A stretch of 64,000 nt of DNA from Spirochaetia bacterium. GTDB taxonomy: Bacteria; Spirochaetota; Spirochaetia; SP-2023. Shown piece after piece: positions 11,045 to 21,249 of this stretch; position 1 is the stretch's first letter, and every line of letters starts with the position of its first letter. The DNA is taken from assembly GCA_965225855.1 (NCBI GenBank), contig CBDDCK010000005.1:480001-544000 (forward strand), read 5' to 3'. The notes under the pieces were generated by a model that was given only the letters and a program-made list of their open reading frames with translations, was not told the origin of the DNA and ran no database searches. A program made the translations under genes and the position numbers.

Positions 11045-13474
11045 ATGCAAGGTTTGCGCTTAAATGTAACAGAACAATTATATTTGTTTTTATTGAGTAT
11101 TGGGATTTTTTGGGTTAGCGACCATACCCCGACCAATAAAACTGAAACGAAAAAACAAAATCTGGTTGAAACAGAAAAGAGATTTTACAAAAAAGAAAAA
11201 GTAACGCAAGATACGGCTCAATTTTCATATGCTAAAAAACAGTCTTACCGTATTTTGACTTCTAACTTGACCAGCCAAATTCCAATTGAGTTTCCAAAAG
11301 CACATTCTGCCAATATAGTTAGCAAAACCAATCAAACCAGTAAAAATAATAAAACAAAGAACAGCATTCTAAGTCCAAATAATGTAGCTGAATCTCGTAG
11401 GGGTTGGTATTATGAGCTTCAGTTAAAAATTTCCGGCCCTTTATTATTGACCGAACAAAATGAAAATTACTTTAGGGAAAACAATCAAGCATCGGCAATA
11501 TTCAAGTTGGAGAGCCCTTACCACAATAAATTAGGCCGGCTGCAAATCCGTGGCCAAGTACCCATTCACTTGTTTTGGCAAACAACATCAACCACAGCTT
11601 ACCCTAATGAAATTATGAAGCTATTACCAGATAAATCTCAAATTCAAGTAATGCAAGCTGTCTACCATAGCAACCTCTATTTGCGCTGGGAAATTCCTAA
11701 AAGGTTGCCATTAAACAAAAATTATCAAAGTGCTTATCTGCAAATCGGCAGTATTGAGCCTCGGTATGAAAGTCTTTGGCATATGCTGGGTAGTGCTACA
11801 CCATTCCCCGGATCAAAACAGTCTTTAGCTTACCTTCCCAAACCTAGCACCCACCAAGTAACAAAGCAAGGGCAGCCACTGGCAAAAACTTTGCCTAGTT
11901 TGGAATACAAAAGCGATGGTGCTCTAGGGCAAAATATTGGCTTGAGTTGGGACGGCCGTTTTGTACAAGCATTATTACTGCACCAGCGCAACAGCTATGA
12001 GCAACATTTGAGTACCGGGCTTGCCTTGCGTTTGGATTACTTGCCAAAGCGGCCAGCCTCGTCCATAAACTCTCGGCCAGCCACAAGAGCGGTGCAAAAT
12101 ATTTACCGAATTCGTGCTGCTAGTTTGCTTAGCCAAAATTTAAGCCGGCCAGATAATGATAGCTCTTGGTATTTTGATCATCTGCAATTGCGACAAAATA
12201 GCCATTTCTATCAAGCCGAAGCCAGCCAGCGTTGGAACGAGCTCTTGCGCTATGATACTTCTGTTAAGCAATTCTACTTTCAATTAGCTTGGAAACATAA
12301 TGTTTATGCAGCACCCGGGAAAAAGCAAAATTCTTATTTTCAATTAGGTTTGGAACAAGCAGCCAGTGTTAGCCCTTTAGATTATTGGGGCAGTCTACAA
12401 AGGTACTACTTCAAATTTCAATTCCCCATTTTTAAGCAGTCTATCAATTATATGTTGCTGAACAATGAATTTTATGCTACTTACAGCGATGCGAACTGGA
12501 TTGATTCGCGCCGCAGATTGGCTAGCTCTACCGTAAGCCAATGGTATGGACAGCGTTTGAATCTTCAAAATCAACTTAGTCTGTATTTTCAGCAAAAATC
12601 TTCCCAACAAAAAACGGCCAGTTCGGGATCTGGTAATTCAAGCTCGGCTTCAATTTCACAAACATCATCGAAGAGGCATCAACAAATTTTGCGGCTAAAC
12701 AGTGGCGCAAAAACAATACAGTTATTCCACAATACCCAAAGTAGTTATTGGAATCTCGGTGCTGATAATTACTGGTTGTGGTACAGTAATAGGAAATCAT
12801 TCAAACATCTATGGCACTTAATGTTAGGGGTCAATTTATACCAGACACTGCCTGCTGTTAATGATATTCGTTTACAGCTTAGGTATTTCCCCACGGCCTT
12901 GTGGCAGGGTTTTGTTACCAGTAGTTTGGGTTGGCAGCAGCAACCGCCCACCAGAAAGCCACAACTGCATAGAAAAATTGTTAGAACGCACCGTTTGGGT
13001 TGGAAAACCAAATTCAAGGCTAAAGCAACGGAAGAAAATTTAGAACAAGGTAATTTGGAGCAAGCAAGCATCGCATTGAGCTTATTTTTCCAAATTTGGA
13101 ATTATGGCCAATATAGCCGTCAAAAGAATACCACAGGTTGGTGGAAATTTTTTCAGCTACAATGGGAACTGGGGTTACAATTTCTGCTAGAACAAAGTAC
13201 CTATTTGATTTTACAGACGAAATTACAAGCCCATTTTCAACTAGCCAAACATTGGTCTATATTATTTACAGTAAAACTAAACGAATGGCAAAAAACGCAG
13301 GAAACCGTACTGCAACCGCCGAAAACCCTAAAATTAGAATTATCTTTGTGCTATCAATTTCAAAGTTCTAAAGATTCTCAAATAAGCCTTCCGCAAGGCC
13401 AAGGCAATATCGAGCAAGATATTCCAGGTGATGACCCGTTAAAAGAGTTCAATAATTCTTTTGAACTGGAGTGA
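11045..13474 (+). CDS. Hypothetical exported or outer-membrane protein
   Basis: 809 aa open frame, hydrophobic N-terminus, W/Y/Q-rich alternating C-terminal segments. Confidence 0.55.
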   Translation: MQGLRLNVTEQLYLFLLSIGIFWVSDHTPTNKTETKKQNLVETEKRFYKKEKVTQDTAQFSYAKKQSYRILTSNLTSQIPIEFPKAHSANIVSKTNQTSKNNKTKNSILSPNNVAESRRGWYYELQLKISGPLLLTEQNENYFRENNQASAIFKLESPYHNKLGRLQIRGQVPIHLFWQTTSTTAYPNEIMKLLPDKSQIQVMQAVYHSNLYLRWEIPKRLPLNKNYQSAYLQIGSIEPRYESLWHMLGSATPFPGSKQSLAYLPKPSTHQVTKQGQPLAKTLPSLEYKSDGALGQNIGLSWDGRFVQALLLHQRNSYEQHLSTGLALRLDYLPKRPASSINSRPATRAVQNIYRIRAASLLSQNLSRPDNDSSWYFDHLQLRQNSHFYQAEASQRWNELLRYDTSVKQFYFQLAWKHNVYAAPGKKQNSYFQLGLEQAASVSPLDYWGSLQRYYFKFQFPIFKQSINYMLLNNEFYATYSDANWIDSRRRLASSTVSQWYGQRLNLQNQLSLYFQQKSSQQKTASSGSGNSSSASISQTSSKRHQQILRLNSGAKTIQLFHNTQSSYWNLGADNYWLWYSNRKSFKHLWHLMLGVNLYQTLPAVNDIRLQLRYFPTALWQGFVTSSLGWQQQPPTRKPQLHRKIVRTHRLGWKTKFKAKATEENLEQGNLEQASIALSLFFQIWNYGQYSRQKNTTGWWKFFQLQWELGLQFLLEQSTYLILQTKLQAHFQLAKHWSILFTVKLNEWQKTQETVLQPPKTLKLELSLCYQFQSSKDSQISLPQGQGNIEQDIPGDDPLKEFNNSFELE

Positions 13475-13710
13475 TATAACGGCTAAATCACAACAGAATA
13501 GCTATTTGTTTTTATTATTGCCGGAAAATGATTTTGTTAAAGCCTTGCTTTACTTTGGCAGTTTATATTGCGCTCAATTGGTATTTCTGTTATGCTTTGC
13601 TTACTCTTTGGATTTCACTTGACTTTTATGGCTCTCATATTTTTTGTGATGATTTTTGTTTACCATAAAAGTTTGGAAAGAGTAAAGTGCTTTGATAATA
13701 ATTGTAAAAA

Positions 13711-15366
13711 TTGGGATTTATATTTGTGATTGCTGTTACGGACATGCGCTTATCGTTTGGCCAGCGTGTTTTATTTGACCAAGTCAGCCTTAAATTTTCA
13801 CCGGGCAACTGTTATGGATTAATTGGGGCCAATGGTGCGGGAAAATCGACGTTTTTGAATATCCTTGCTGGCAAGCAGGAAGCTGACAATGGTAAAGTGG
13901 TTATGCCTGGCAAAGAACGGCTGGCGGTGTTAGAGCAAAATCATTTTGCTTATGATGATTTTACGGTTTTAGAAACGACAATTGTGGGCCATAAACGGCT
14001 TTATGAGGTAGGTCAGCAAAGGGCTGAATTATATGCCAAGCCCGATTTCAATGGTGAAGACGGTATGAAAGTGGCCAATCTGGAAGCTGAATTTGCAGAG
14101 TTGGGTGGTTACGAAGCCGATAATGAGGCAGCCATCTTGCTAAACGGTTTGGGCATTGAAGCCGATTTGCACCAGAAGAATATGGCTGAATTAGATGACA
14201 ATATTAAAGTGCGTGTGTTATTAGCTCAAGCTCTGTTTGGCAACCCAGATAATTTGTTGCTCGATGAGCCCACAAACTACTTGGATTTGGAATCCATTAC
14301 TTGGTTGGAAAATTTCCTTTATAATTTTGAAAATACAGTTATTGTCGTTTCGCATGATAGGCATTTTTTGAATCAAGTTTGTACCCATATGGTGGATATA
14401 GATTTTGGCAAAATGACGATGTTTGTCGGTAACTATGATTTTTGGCAGAAAACTTCAGAAATTATCAACACCCAGCAGCGGGATCAGCGCAAAAAAAACG
14501 AGGATCGTGCAGCGGAGCTGAAGGAATTTATCCAGCGGTTTTCTGCCAATGCTGCCAAATCGAAGCAGGCGACTTCACGCCGTAAAGAGTTGGAAAAATT
14601 AGATTTAAGCTCTCTACCGGCTTCTTCGCGCCGCTTTCCCTATGTGGCATTTAAACCGTCTCGTGAAATTGGGCGCAATGTGGTGGAAATGAAAGGGGTT
14701 TGTTATACCACACCCGATGGCGAAAAATTGTTTCATAACTTGGATTTTCAATTAGAAAATACGGCTAAAATTGGTTTTGTCGGTGCCGACAACCAGCGCA
14801 AAACGGCGTTGATGCAGTTAATTACTGGAGAAGTTCAGCCCGATAGTGGCGAAATTTTGATAGGGCAGACGGTTCGCAGTGGTTACTTGCCGCGCAATAA
14901 TAGTCCATATTTTTCTAGCAGCATGAATATGACCGACTGGCTGCGTCAATATTCAAACAATGAAGATGAGAGCTATATCCGTGGTTTTTTGGGCCGTATG
15001 CTTTTTAGTGGGGACGAATCACTAAAGAGCGTGAATGTACTTTCTGGTGGTGAAAAAATGCGCTGTATGCTGTCTATGCTCATGCTGCAAGAAGCCAATA
15101 TGCTGGTGCTCGATGATCCTACCGCCCATTTGGATTTGGAATCGATTACTTCGTTAAACAATGGTTTGATTGATTTTAAAGGTGTTTTGTTATTTAGTTC
15201 TCACGACCATCAGTTTATTCAAACCATTGCCAACCGGATTGTTGAATTTACGCCTAATGGGATTATTGACCGTTGCATGCAATTTGATGATTACATTCAA
15301 GATAAAAAAATCGCGCAGTTGCGTGATGAAATGTTTGGTGGAAAGCATGATCGCATTGTTATTTAA
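13711..15366 (+). CDS. ABC-F family ATP-binding protein (YbiT/YkpA-like)
   Basis: Two ABC domains, no TM: GANGAGKST, LLLDEPTNYLD, LSGGEKMR, LVLDDPTAHLD; likely start GTG 13726. Confidence 0.92.
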   Translation: MGFIFVIAVTDMRLSFGQRVLFDQVSLKFSPGNCYGLIGANGAGKSTFLNILAGKQEADNGKVVMPGKERLAVLEQNHFAYDDFTVLETTIVGHKRLYEVGQQRAELYAKPDFNGEDGMKVANLEAEFAELGGYEADNEAAILLNGLGIEADLHQKNMAELDDNIKVRVLLAQALFGNPDNLLLDEPTNYLDLESITWLENFLYNFENTVIVVSHDRHFLNQVCTHMVDIDFGKMTMFVGNYDFWQKTSEIINTQQRDQRKKNEDRAAELKEFIQRFSANAAKSKQATSRRKELEKLDLSSLPASSRRFPYVAFKPSREIGRNVVEMKGVCYTTPDGEKLFHNLDFQLENTAKIGFVGADNQRKTALMQLITGEVQPDSGEILIGQTVRSGYLPRNNSPYFSSSMNMTDWLRQYSNNEDESYIRGFLGRMLFSGDESLKSVNVLSGGEKMRCMLSMLMLQEANMLVLDDPTAHLDLESITSLNNGLIDFKGVLLFSSHDHQFIQTIANRIVEFTPNGIIDRCMQFDDYIQDKKIAQLRDEMFGGKHDRIVI

Positions 15367-15449
15367 GCTGTATCAAATGCGGTGATTCCCAAATTTTAAA
15401 ATAGGTTTTTGCTTTGCTTTTATATAAAAAGTATAAAGGACTGGAGTAG

Positions 15450-17117
15450 GTGATGGCCGCTGCCTTAGATATATCAGAGCACAAGTTTGCTAGCCATGAT
15501 GATGGTTTTGAAACAGGTTCTTATCGAGTTTACCACAGAGAATTTGCCTCATTGTTGCATACAGAAGTTCTTGATTTGTGTGCAATGTGCAATCAATTAC
15601 TGCTGACACATCAACAACAACCTGAAAATATTTCTCTCAATAGTGGCGGTGTTTACCGTTTCATTATGGAGTGTACTCGGTGTGAGGATTTACTCGATCA
15701 GGTGCATGCCGATCAACAAGTTGATTGGGTTTATATCCGCAAGTTAGCTGCCATCATTAAGCATAGTTGCTCTATTACATCGAATTTACAATATCTGGCT
15801 GTATTGGCGGAAAAACTCAAAGGTGCGGTAGAAGGCAATTTTGCTATGGCCAACCAGTTTGTATTGCGCGATTTTTACAATGTGTTGTTAGAAAGTGCTC
15901 AAAATTTTCTCAAAGAAATGCGGCGCTTAAACGTTATTGAGCCTGATCATCGACTGCCTATGGTATTTTTAAAATATTTTACATCGGATATTAGCCCATT
16001 GATACGGCTGAAAACGACTAACCCATTCCGAAATGATCGAGTAAATAGTGAAAAAAATATTGTTTTGAAAAAAAAACAGGAAGTTGTTTTATATTTAGTG
16101 AGCACTTTGCTACAAAATTGTGATGTGATTGATTATTTTAGCCATTTGTTAAGTGCAAAAATGAATATGCGTGGAGAGCTCATCAAAAATGAGTTGCATG
16201 AAGAATCCCTTACAGTTCAGCGTGAATTGTTCCACAGCATAATTACGTTTTTCGATACCCACTATTCTCAAAAGCAAATCATTGATGATTCCGACTTATT
16301 GCATTTGCTCAATCATGTCAAAGTCATTCATCAATTGTTTACTGGTTTGGCTACTTTGATACGGATTGAAGAGCGGCATTTTGAATATTTTGTTCAGCAA
16401 GATATTGACTTTCATTTAAGTAAAGAATCTATCGAGGGGATTATTTTTGATTTCTTTGTGAGCTATATCGATCGTTTTCGTTGGCAGATTGAAAAACTTG
16501 CGAAGACTTTGATCCGCAAATACTCTGTTTGGCAAGAAATTTGCGTATCGGTGCCTTGCTATCGCGGTTTTCATGTTCGCCCTTCTACCTTAGTGGCGCG
16601 TATTGTCATGCATTACGGCAGTAAAGTTACCATGAAATTGAAAGATACAACGTATAATGCAGCGGTTCCGCTAGATTTGTTTCGTGCGAATGAAGTAATC
16701 AATGCAGAAAAACGCCGAGAAATTGGCGATATTATTGTCGCAGATCAAAAATGCCAAGAATATTTAAAACTGTTGCGTAAGAATCAAGCTCAAGATCAAA
16801 TATTGATGCAGAAGTATTTTTTGGAATTATTCCAAAACCTACAAAGGCAAGAAAAAATTGTGGTTTATGAATTGTTATTGATGGAATCATTGGAAGCCCC
16901 TTCATCTGGTGAAGATTTTTTAGAATATATTAAACGCGAAGTGGCTTATTTAATGGCCACGGGGAAAATTGATATAATCTCTAATTTAGAGGTTTTTTTT
17001 GAGGGCGATTCGCGTGTATTGAAGGATATTGCCATACTAGCAGAAAATGGTTATGGCGAAGATAAAGCGGGAAATAATATTTCATTACCGAAAGAATTAT
17101 CCTATTTGAGAAAGTAA
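15450..17117 (+). CDS. Large protein with an HPr-like phosphocarrier domain
   Basis: YRGFHVRPSTLVARIVMHYGSKV resembles the HPr active-site His motif, after ~360 aa of helical sequence. Confidence 0.7.
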   Translation: MMAAALDISEHKFASHDDGFETGSYRVYHREFASLLHTEVLDLCAMCNQLLLTHQQQPENISLNSGGVYRFIMECTRCEDLLDQVHADQQVDWVYIRKLAAIIKHSCSITSNLQYLAVLAEKLKGAVEGNFAMANQFVLRDFYNVLLESAQNFLKEMRRLNVIEPDHRLPMVFLKYFTSDISPLIRLKTTNPFRNDRVNSEKNIVLKKKQEVVLYLVSTLLQNCDVIDYFSHLLSAKMNMRGELIKNELHEESLTVQRELFHSIITFFDTHYSQKQIIDDSDLLHLLNHVKVIHQLFTGLATLIRIEERHFEYFVQQDIDFHLSKESIEGIIFDFFVSYIDRFRWQIEKLAKTLIRKYSVWQEICVSVPCYRGFHVRPSTLVARIVMHYGSKVTMKLKDTTYNAAVPLDLFRANEVINAEKRREIGDIIVADQKCQEYLKLLRKNQAQDQILMQKYFLELFQNLQRQEKIVVYELLLMESLEAPSSGEDFLEYIKREVAYLMATGKIDIISNLEVFFEGDSRVLKDIAILAENGYGEDKAGNNISLPKELSYLRK

Positions 17118-17188
17118 ATCAGTGAAACTCGATTCAGTTTTATTTTTTGTTTTATGGGTTTCGTCCTCTGTTTATGGAGTAGTGTTTT

Positions 17189-18523
17189 ATGAAAGCTACA
17201 AAACTTGAGGGTGAGCTTGCGATTCCTGCTTCTAAGTCCCACACCATTCGGGCTTTGTTAATAGGGGCTTTGGCGGGTGATTTTGAAGAAACGATTTTGC
17301 GTGGCCCTTTAGTCTCTCAAGATACGCTTTCGGCGTGCCATATGGTGGAGCAATTTGGCTGCCAGTTAATTGAAGAATTTCCAGAAGAATCGCAAGTCTC
17401 CTCTGTAATCTGGCGGTTGCGTGGTATTCCGGCAAAAAGGCTTCACGATAGCAGGCCCATTTCGATTAATGTTGGCAATTCGGGCACAGCACTGTATTTG
17501 GGAACGGCAGTTGCGGCATTGTTTTCCTGTCCAGTACATTTTGATGGTGATACTTCGATTCGCCAACGTTCTGCTAAAAATTTGCTCCAAGCTTTAGCAA
17601 ATTTGGGCGTTTGCGTTCGCTCTGAAAATTTTTATTGCCCGTATACGGTGCAAGGCCCAATTAGCGGAGGTTCTACTAGGTTATCGGCGCCAACTAGCCA
17701 GTATTTAAGTGCTTTGCTTTTGGCATTACCTTTGGCGAGCGCCTGTGAATCTGAGATTTGCTTGGATTTATTAAACGAGCATCCTTACGTGGATATGACC
17801 TTGGGATGGCTGAAAAGCCAAGGGATTCGCTGGCATAGTGAAGGTTATGAGCGCTACCAAATACCCGGAGGCCAGCATTATCAAGCGTTCCAATGCCAAA
17901 TCCCAGCGGATTTTTCTTCGGCAACATTTTTCTTTTGCGCTGCGGCGATTACCGGTAGCACCATTTGCCTAACGGGTTTGAACCCTAACGATAGCCAAGG
18001 CGATAAGCAAACTTTGGATTTTTTGCAGCGTATGGGCTGTGAATATCGTTGGCAGTTGCTCAATAAAGAATTAGGCTCCTATGTGCTTGAATTTCGCGGC
18101 CCTGTCCAATTGCGTGGTGCCGAATTGGATTTGAGCCAAACTCCAGATGCTTTGCCTGCGCTTGCTGTGGCTTGCGCTTGTGCTACGGGTACCAGCCGTA
18201 TTGTTAATGTGGCCCATGCGCGCCGAAAGGAAACCGATCGCATTGCTTGCATGGCAAAAGAATTGCGAGCCCTTGGTTTTGAACTAGATGAAAATCCCGA
18301 TGGGCTGACCATCTATGGCGGTACTGAAAAATTTCGCTTGGCAAAAAAGGGCTTGGGAGAGCCAAAGCGCATAGCACGTGGTTATCATGATCATCGTATT
18401 ATTATGGCTTTATGGCTGTTAAATCTGTTACAACCTTGCCAAGCGATTGTGCTAGACGATAGCCGTTATGCAGCCGTAACCTATCCCAGTTTTTTTGAAG
18501 ATTTAAAGTCTCTGTGTGTTTAA
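17189..18523 (+). CDS. aroA: 3-phosphoshikimate 1-carboxyvinyltransferase
   Basis: PASKSHTIR, GNSGT, TSQYLSALL, DFSSA, RRKETDRI, DHRIIM. Confidence 0.95.
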   Translation: MKATKLEGELAIPASKSHTIRALLIGALAGDFEETILRGPLVSQDTLSACHMVEQFGCQLIEEFPEESQVSSVIWRLRGIPAKRLHDSRPISINVGNSGTALYLGTAVAALFSCPVHFDGDTSIRQRSAKNLLQALANLGVCVRSENFYCPYTVQGPISGGSTRLSAPTSQYLSALLLALPLASACESEICLDLLNEHPYVDMTLGWLKSQGIRWHSEGYERYQIPGGQHYQAFQCQIPADFSSATFFFCAAAITGSTICLTGLNPNDSQGDKQTLDFLQRMGCEYRWQLLNKELGSYVLEFRGPVQLRGAELDLSQTPDALPALAVACACATGTSRIVNVAHARRKETDRIACMAKELRALGFELDENPDGLTIYGGTEKFRLAKKGLGEPKRIARGYHDHRIIMALWLLNLLQPCQAIVLDDSRYAAVTYPSFFEDLKSLCV

Positions 18524-18526
18524 AAC

Positions 18527-20404
18527 ATGAACAAGCCTTTGGAATGTTTCCAGCGTTCTGGCCATTGGCCAGATAACTGGTCTAATGATTGGGATTTACT
18601 GCACAGGACTTCCTTGTGGGAAATAGGGGAGCTGTTCGAGCGCGAGCAATTGCTCTGTTGCAGCAATTTGACCCAGCTTAAAAAAGAGGTAAGGGCATCT
18701 GGTTTAAGCTGTGCTAAAGTGGAAATGCAGCAAAAAATATTGCCCTGTTATGATTCGCGTCAATTACAGAACCAACAAATTTTTGTGGCCCTAATTGGGG
18801 AAAATTTTGACGGCCACGATTTTATTCATCAGGCAGTGGATTTTGGGGTATTGGCTATCGTCTACCAAGTGCAACTGGAAAGAGAATTGCAGCAGCAGAT
18901 GGGACAACTTGGTATTGTTGCGTTTCAGGTGAAATCCAGCCGTCAAGCTTTGGCCTTACTTAGTGCCCATTGTTTTGGTTATCCTTCACAAAAAATGCAA
19001 GTGTTGGGCATTACCGGCACTGATGGCAAAACTTCCATAGCTTATTTTTGTTACCAAATACTTTCTGACTTAGAGAATGAAAACACCCCAGTTGGTTTAC
19101 TTAGCACGTTTGGTTTGGATTTTGGTCTGGGTTTGGAGCCCAACCCGCTGCACCAAACAACGCCTGAATCGCTGCTTGTGCAGCGTGCTTTGGCCAGAAT
19201 GCTAGCAAACGGTTGCCGTTTTGCTGTGCTAGAATGTTCATCGCACGGCTTATCACCTTTGACAGCTCGGTTGATGTATGTAGAATTTAGTGGGGCTTTG
19301 TTTAGCAATTTAAGCCCCGAACATTTGGAATTTCATGGCAGCATGGAATGCTACGCACAGGATAAAGCTCGTTTGTTTTCTCGTATCAAAGTTGGCGGAA
19401 TTGCAGTTTGGAACATTTTAGAAAGTGCCTCGGAATTGTTGTACCATAACAGTGGTGCACGCAAAGACCTTCAGCATTGGGGTTATGCAGCCAAGCCATT
19501 TGCTGATTCTGCTGTTCTTCTGGATAATTGCAAAATTGGGCTAGAGCGACCAAGCTGCATTCCTTTTCGCCAAATATTGCAGGCTAAAAATTTTCAATTG
19601 GGTGTGCGTGGTTCACGCTTTGAGTTGGAGCTGGCCCGATGGAAAGACTATGTTAAAATGGCTACCTACCATTGTGCGATTCATATACCGGGTTCGGTTT
19701 ATATCTCGAATGCGGTGGGTGCCTTGAGCCTTTGTTATGCTATGTTAGAAAATGAATTACAAGTTCAGTTACAGGCCGATGGAATTTGTAACTTGGGCCA
19801 AATTTTGCAGAGCTTATCCCCTAAAGATGCGCTTGAAGAGCCATACTTTTTGGCCTTGCGTGCCCCTAAGGGCCGCATGGAGCTGGTGGACAGCCAAGCA
19901 CCATTTACCGTGTTGGTCGACTATGCCCATAGCCCTGGTTCCTTTTCTCGTTTACTGCCCGAAATGAAGGCATTGTTGCCGCAGTCAAAGCGTTTATTAA
20001 TTTTATTTGGTTCTGCAGGCCAGCGCGACCGCCAAAAACGTTTTTTGCAAGGGCAGCTTGCTGCCCGCTATGCCAATGTGATTGTGCTGTGTAATGAAGA
20101 CCCCCGCGAAGAAAATGAAATGGCAATTTTAACTGATATTCGGGCGGGGGTATTGCAAATGGATAAAACCGATAAAACCAATTCTACCGATTTAAATTTT
20201 GACTTTATCTTGGGGCAAAATTTATTTTTGATTCCAGACCGTCGCCAAGCGATGCAGCAGCTTTTTGCTTTAGCTCGGCAAGGGGATTTAGTTTTGTTGT
20301 TGGGTAAAGGCCATGAAACTTCTATGATTTTTTCAGGCCAACGCCAAGAACCTTGGGATGAACAAGAAGTTGCCCTGGCTCTATTACAACAGTATCTGTG
20401 CTAG
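18527..20404 (+). CDS. murE: UDP-N-acetylmuramoyl-tripeptide synthetase (MurE)
   Basis: GITGTDGKTS, TTPES, ECSSHGL, EHLEFHG, VDYAHSP, LLGKGHE; EDPR in place of the DAP-type DNPR. Confidence 0.9.
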   Translation: MNKPLECFQRSGHWPDNWSNDWDLLHRTSLWEIGELFEREQLLCCSNLTQLKKEVRASGLSCAKVEMQQKILPCYDSRQLQNQQIFVALIGENFDGHDFIHQAVDFGVLAIVYQVQLERELQQQMGQLGIVAFQVKSSRQALALLSAHCFGYPSQKMQVLGITGTDGKTSIAYFCYQILSDLENENTPVGLLSTFGLDFGLGLEPNPLHQTTPESLLVQRALARMLANGCRFAVLECSSHGLSPLTARLMYVEFSGALFSNLSPEHLEFHGSMECYAQDKARLFSRIKVGGIAVWNILESASELLYHNSGARKDLQHWGYAAKPFADSAVLLDNCKIGLERPSCIPFRQILQAKNFQLGVRGSRFELELARWKDYVKMATYHCAIHIPGSVYISNAVGALSLCYAMLENELQVQLQADGICNLGQILQSLSPKDALEEPYFLALRAPKGRMELVDSQAPFTVLVDYAHSPGSFSRLLPEMKALLPQSKRLLILFGSAGQRDRQKRFLQGQLAARYANVIVLCNEDPREENEMAILTDIRAGVLQMDKTDKTNSTDLNFDFILGQNLFLIPDRRQAMQQLFALARQGDLVLLLGKGHETSMIFSGQRQEPWDEQEVALALLQQYLC

Positions 20405-20468
20405 GCTTTCTTGCATAATTCATTGAGAACGGGTAAATTGTACGGAATAAAATTTTGGAGCATAAATA

Positions 20469-21230
20469 ATGGTAGCAAGATGGATAAGCGAATTAAGCTT
20501 TATTTTTACGTGGGGAATATTATTGATTGGGGCTGGGCAAATGGCTATAGTTGCGCAGGAGGGCAGTAACTTTCAGTTGCTCCATGATGCTGGTTTAATT
20601 ATTCGGCTGAAAAATTTGGAAGAAGGGCAGCCGCCTTTTGTCAGCCATAATTTATTATTCTTTACCTATAAAGGGAATACTCAAACTCAAGTTGTGGGTA
20701 TTGCTTTTGAATCAGAAGGATTTGCCAATTTGAAAATGCTGGAGCGAAATGCTCACAATGTTTTTATTTATGTAGTTCCTTTGCCAGCCGAAGGTCGAGT
20801 TGCATACCGCTATTGGGTGGACGGTTTGTGGCAGCGTGATCCGGTAAATCCTCTTTATTACTTAGATAGTTATGAGGTAGCCATTTCTTTTTATGAAAAT
20901 AATGATTTATCACGAATTCAAGGTATTAATCCTGTTACTGTGGGTAATAGTTATGATTTTTATGCTCGTTTTGCCCCGGGGCAAGATGTGTATATTTTAG
21001 GTAGTTTTAACAATTGGAATCCGTTTATTGCACCGTTGGAACAAAAAAGGCTTATCGAACCAGAGTTAGCAGAATATTATATTCGCATTCAACACTTAGT
21101 GCCGGGTGACTATCAATACTATTTTTGGGTTGGAGGTTTTAAGCGGCTGGATGCTCTTAATCCTCGGGAGGCCATAAATAGTAGTACAGGGGAGCAGGTT
21201 TCTATTTTTACGGTTCATTCACAAAAATAG
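20469..21230 (+). CDS. Exported glycogen-binding domain (AMPK1_CBM/CBM48-like) protein
   Basis: YRYWVDGLWQRDPVNP, VYILGSFNNWNP, GDYQYYFWVGG. Confidence 0.75.
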   Translation: MVARWISELSFIFTWGILLIGAGQMAIVAQEGSNFQLLHDAGLIIRLKNLEEGQPPFVSHNLLFFTYKGNTQTQVVGIAFESEGFANLKMLERNAHNVFIYVVPLPAEGRVAYRYWVDGLWQRDPVNPLYYLDSYEVAISFYENNDLSRIQGINPVTVGNSYDFYARFAPGQDVYILGSFNNWNPFIAPLEQKRLIEPELAEYYIRIQHLVPGDYQYYFWVGGFKRLDALNPREAINSSTGEQVSIFTVHSQK

Positions 21231-21249
21231 TTTTGTTTGTTTTGTTCGG

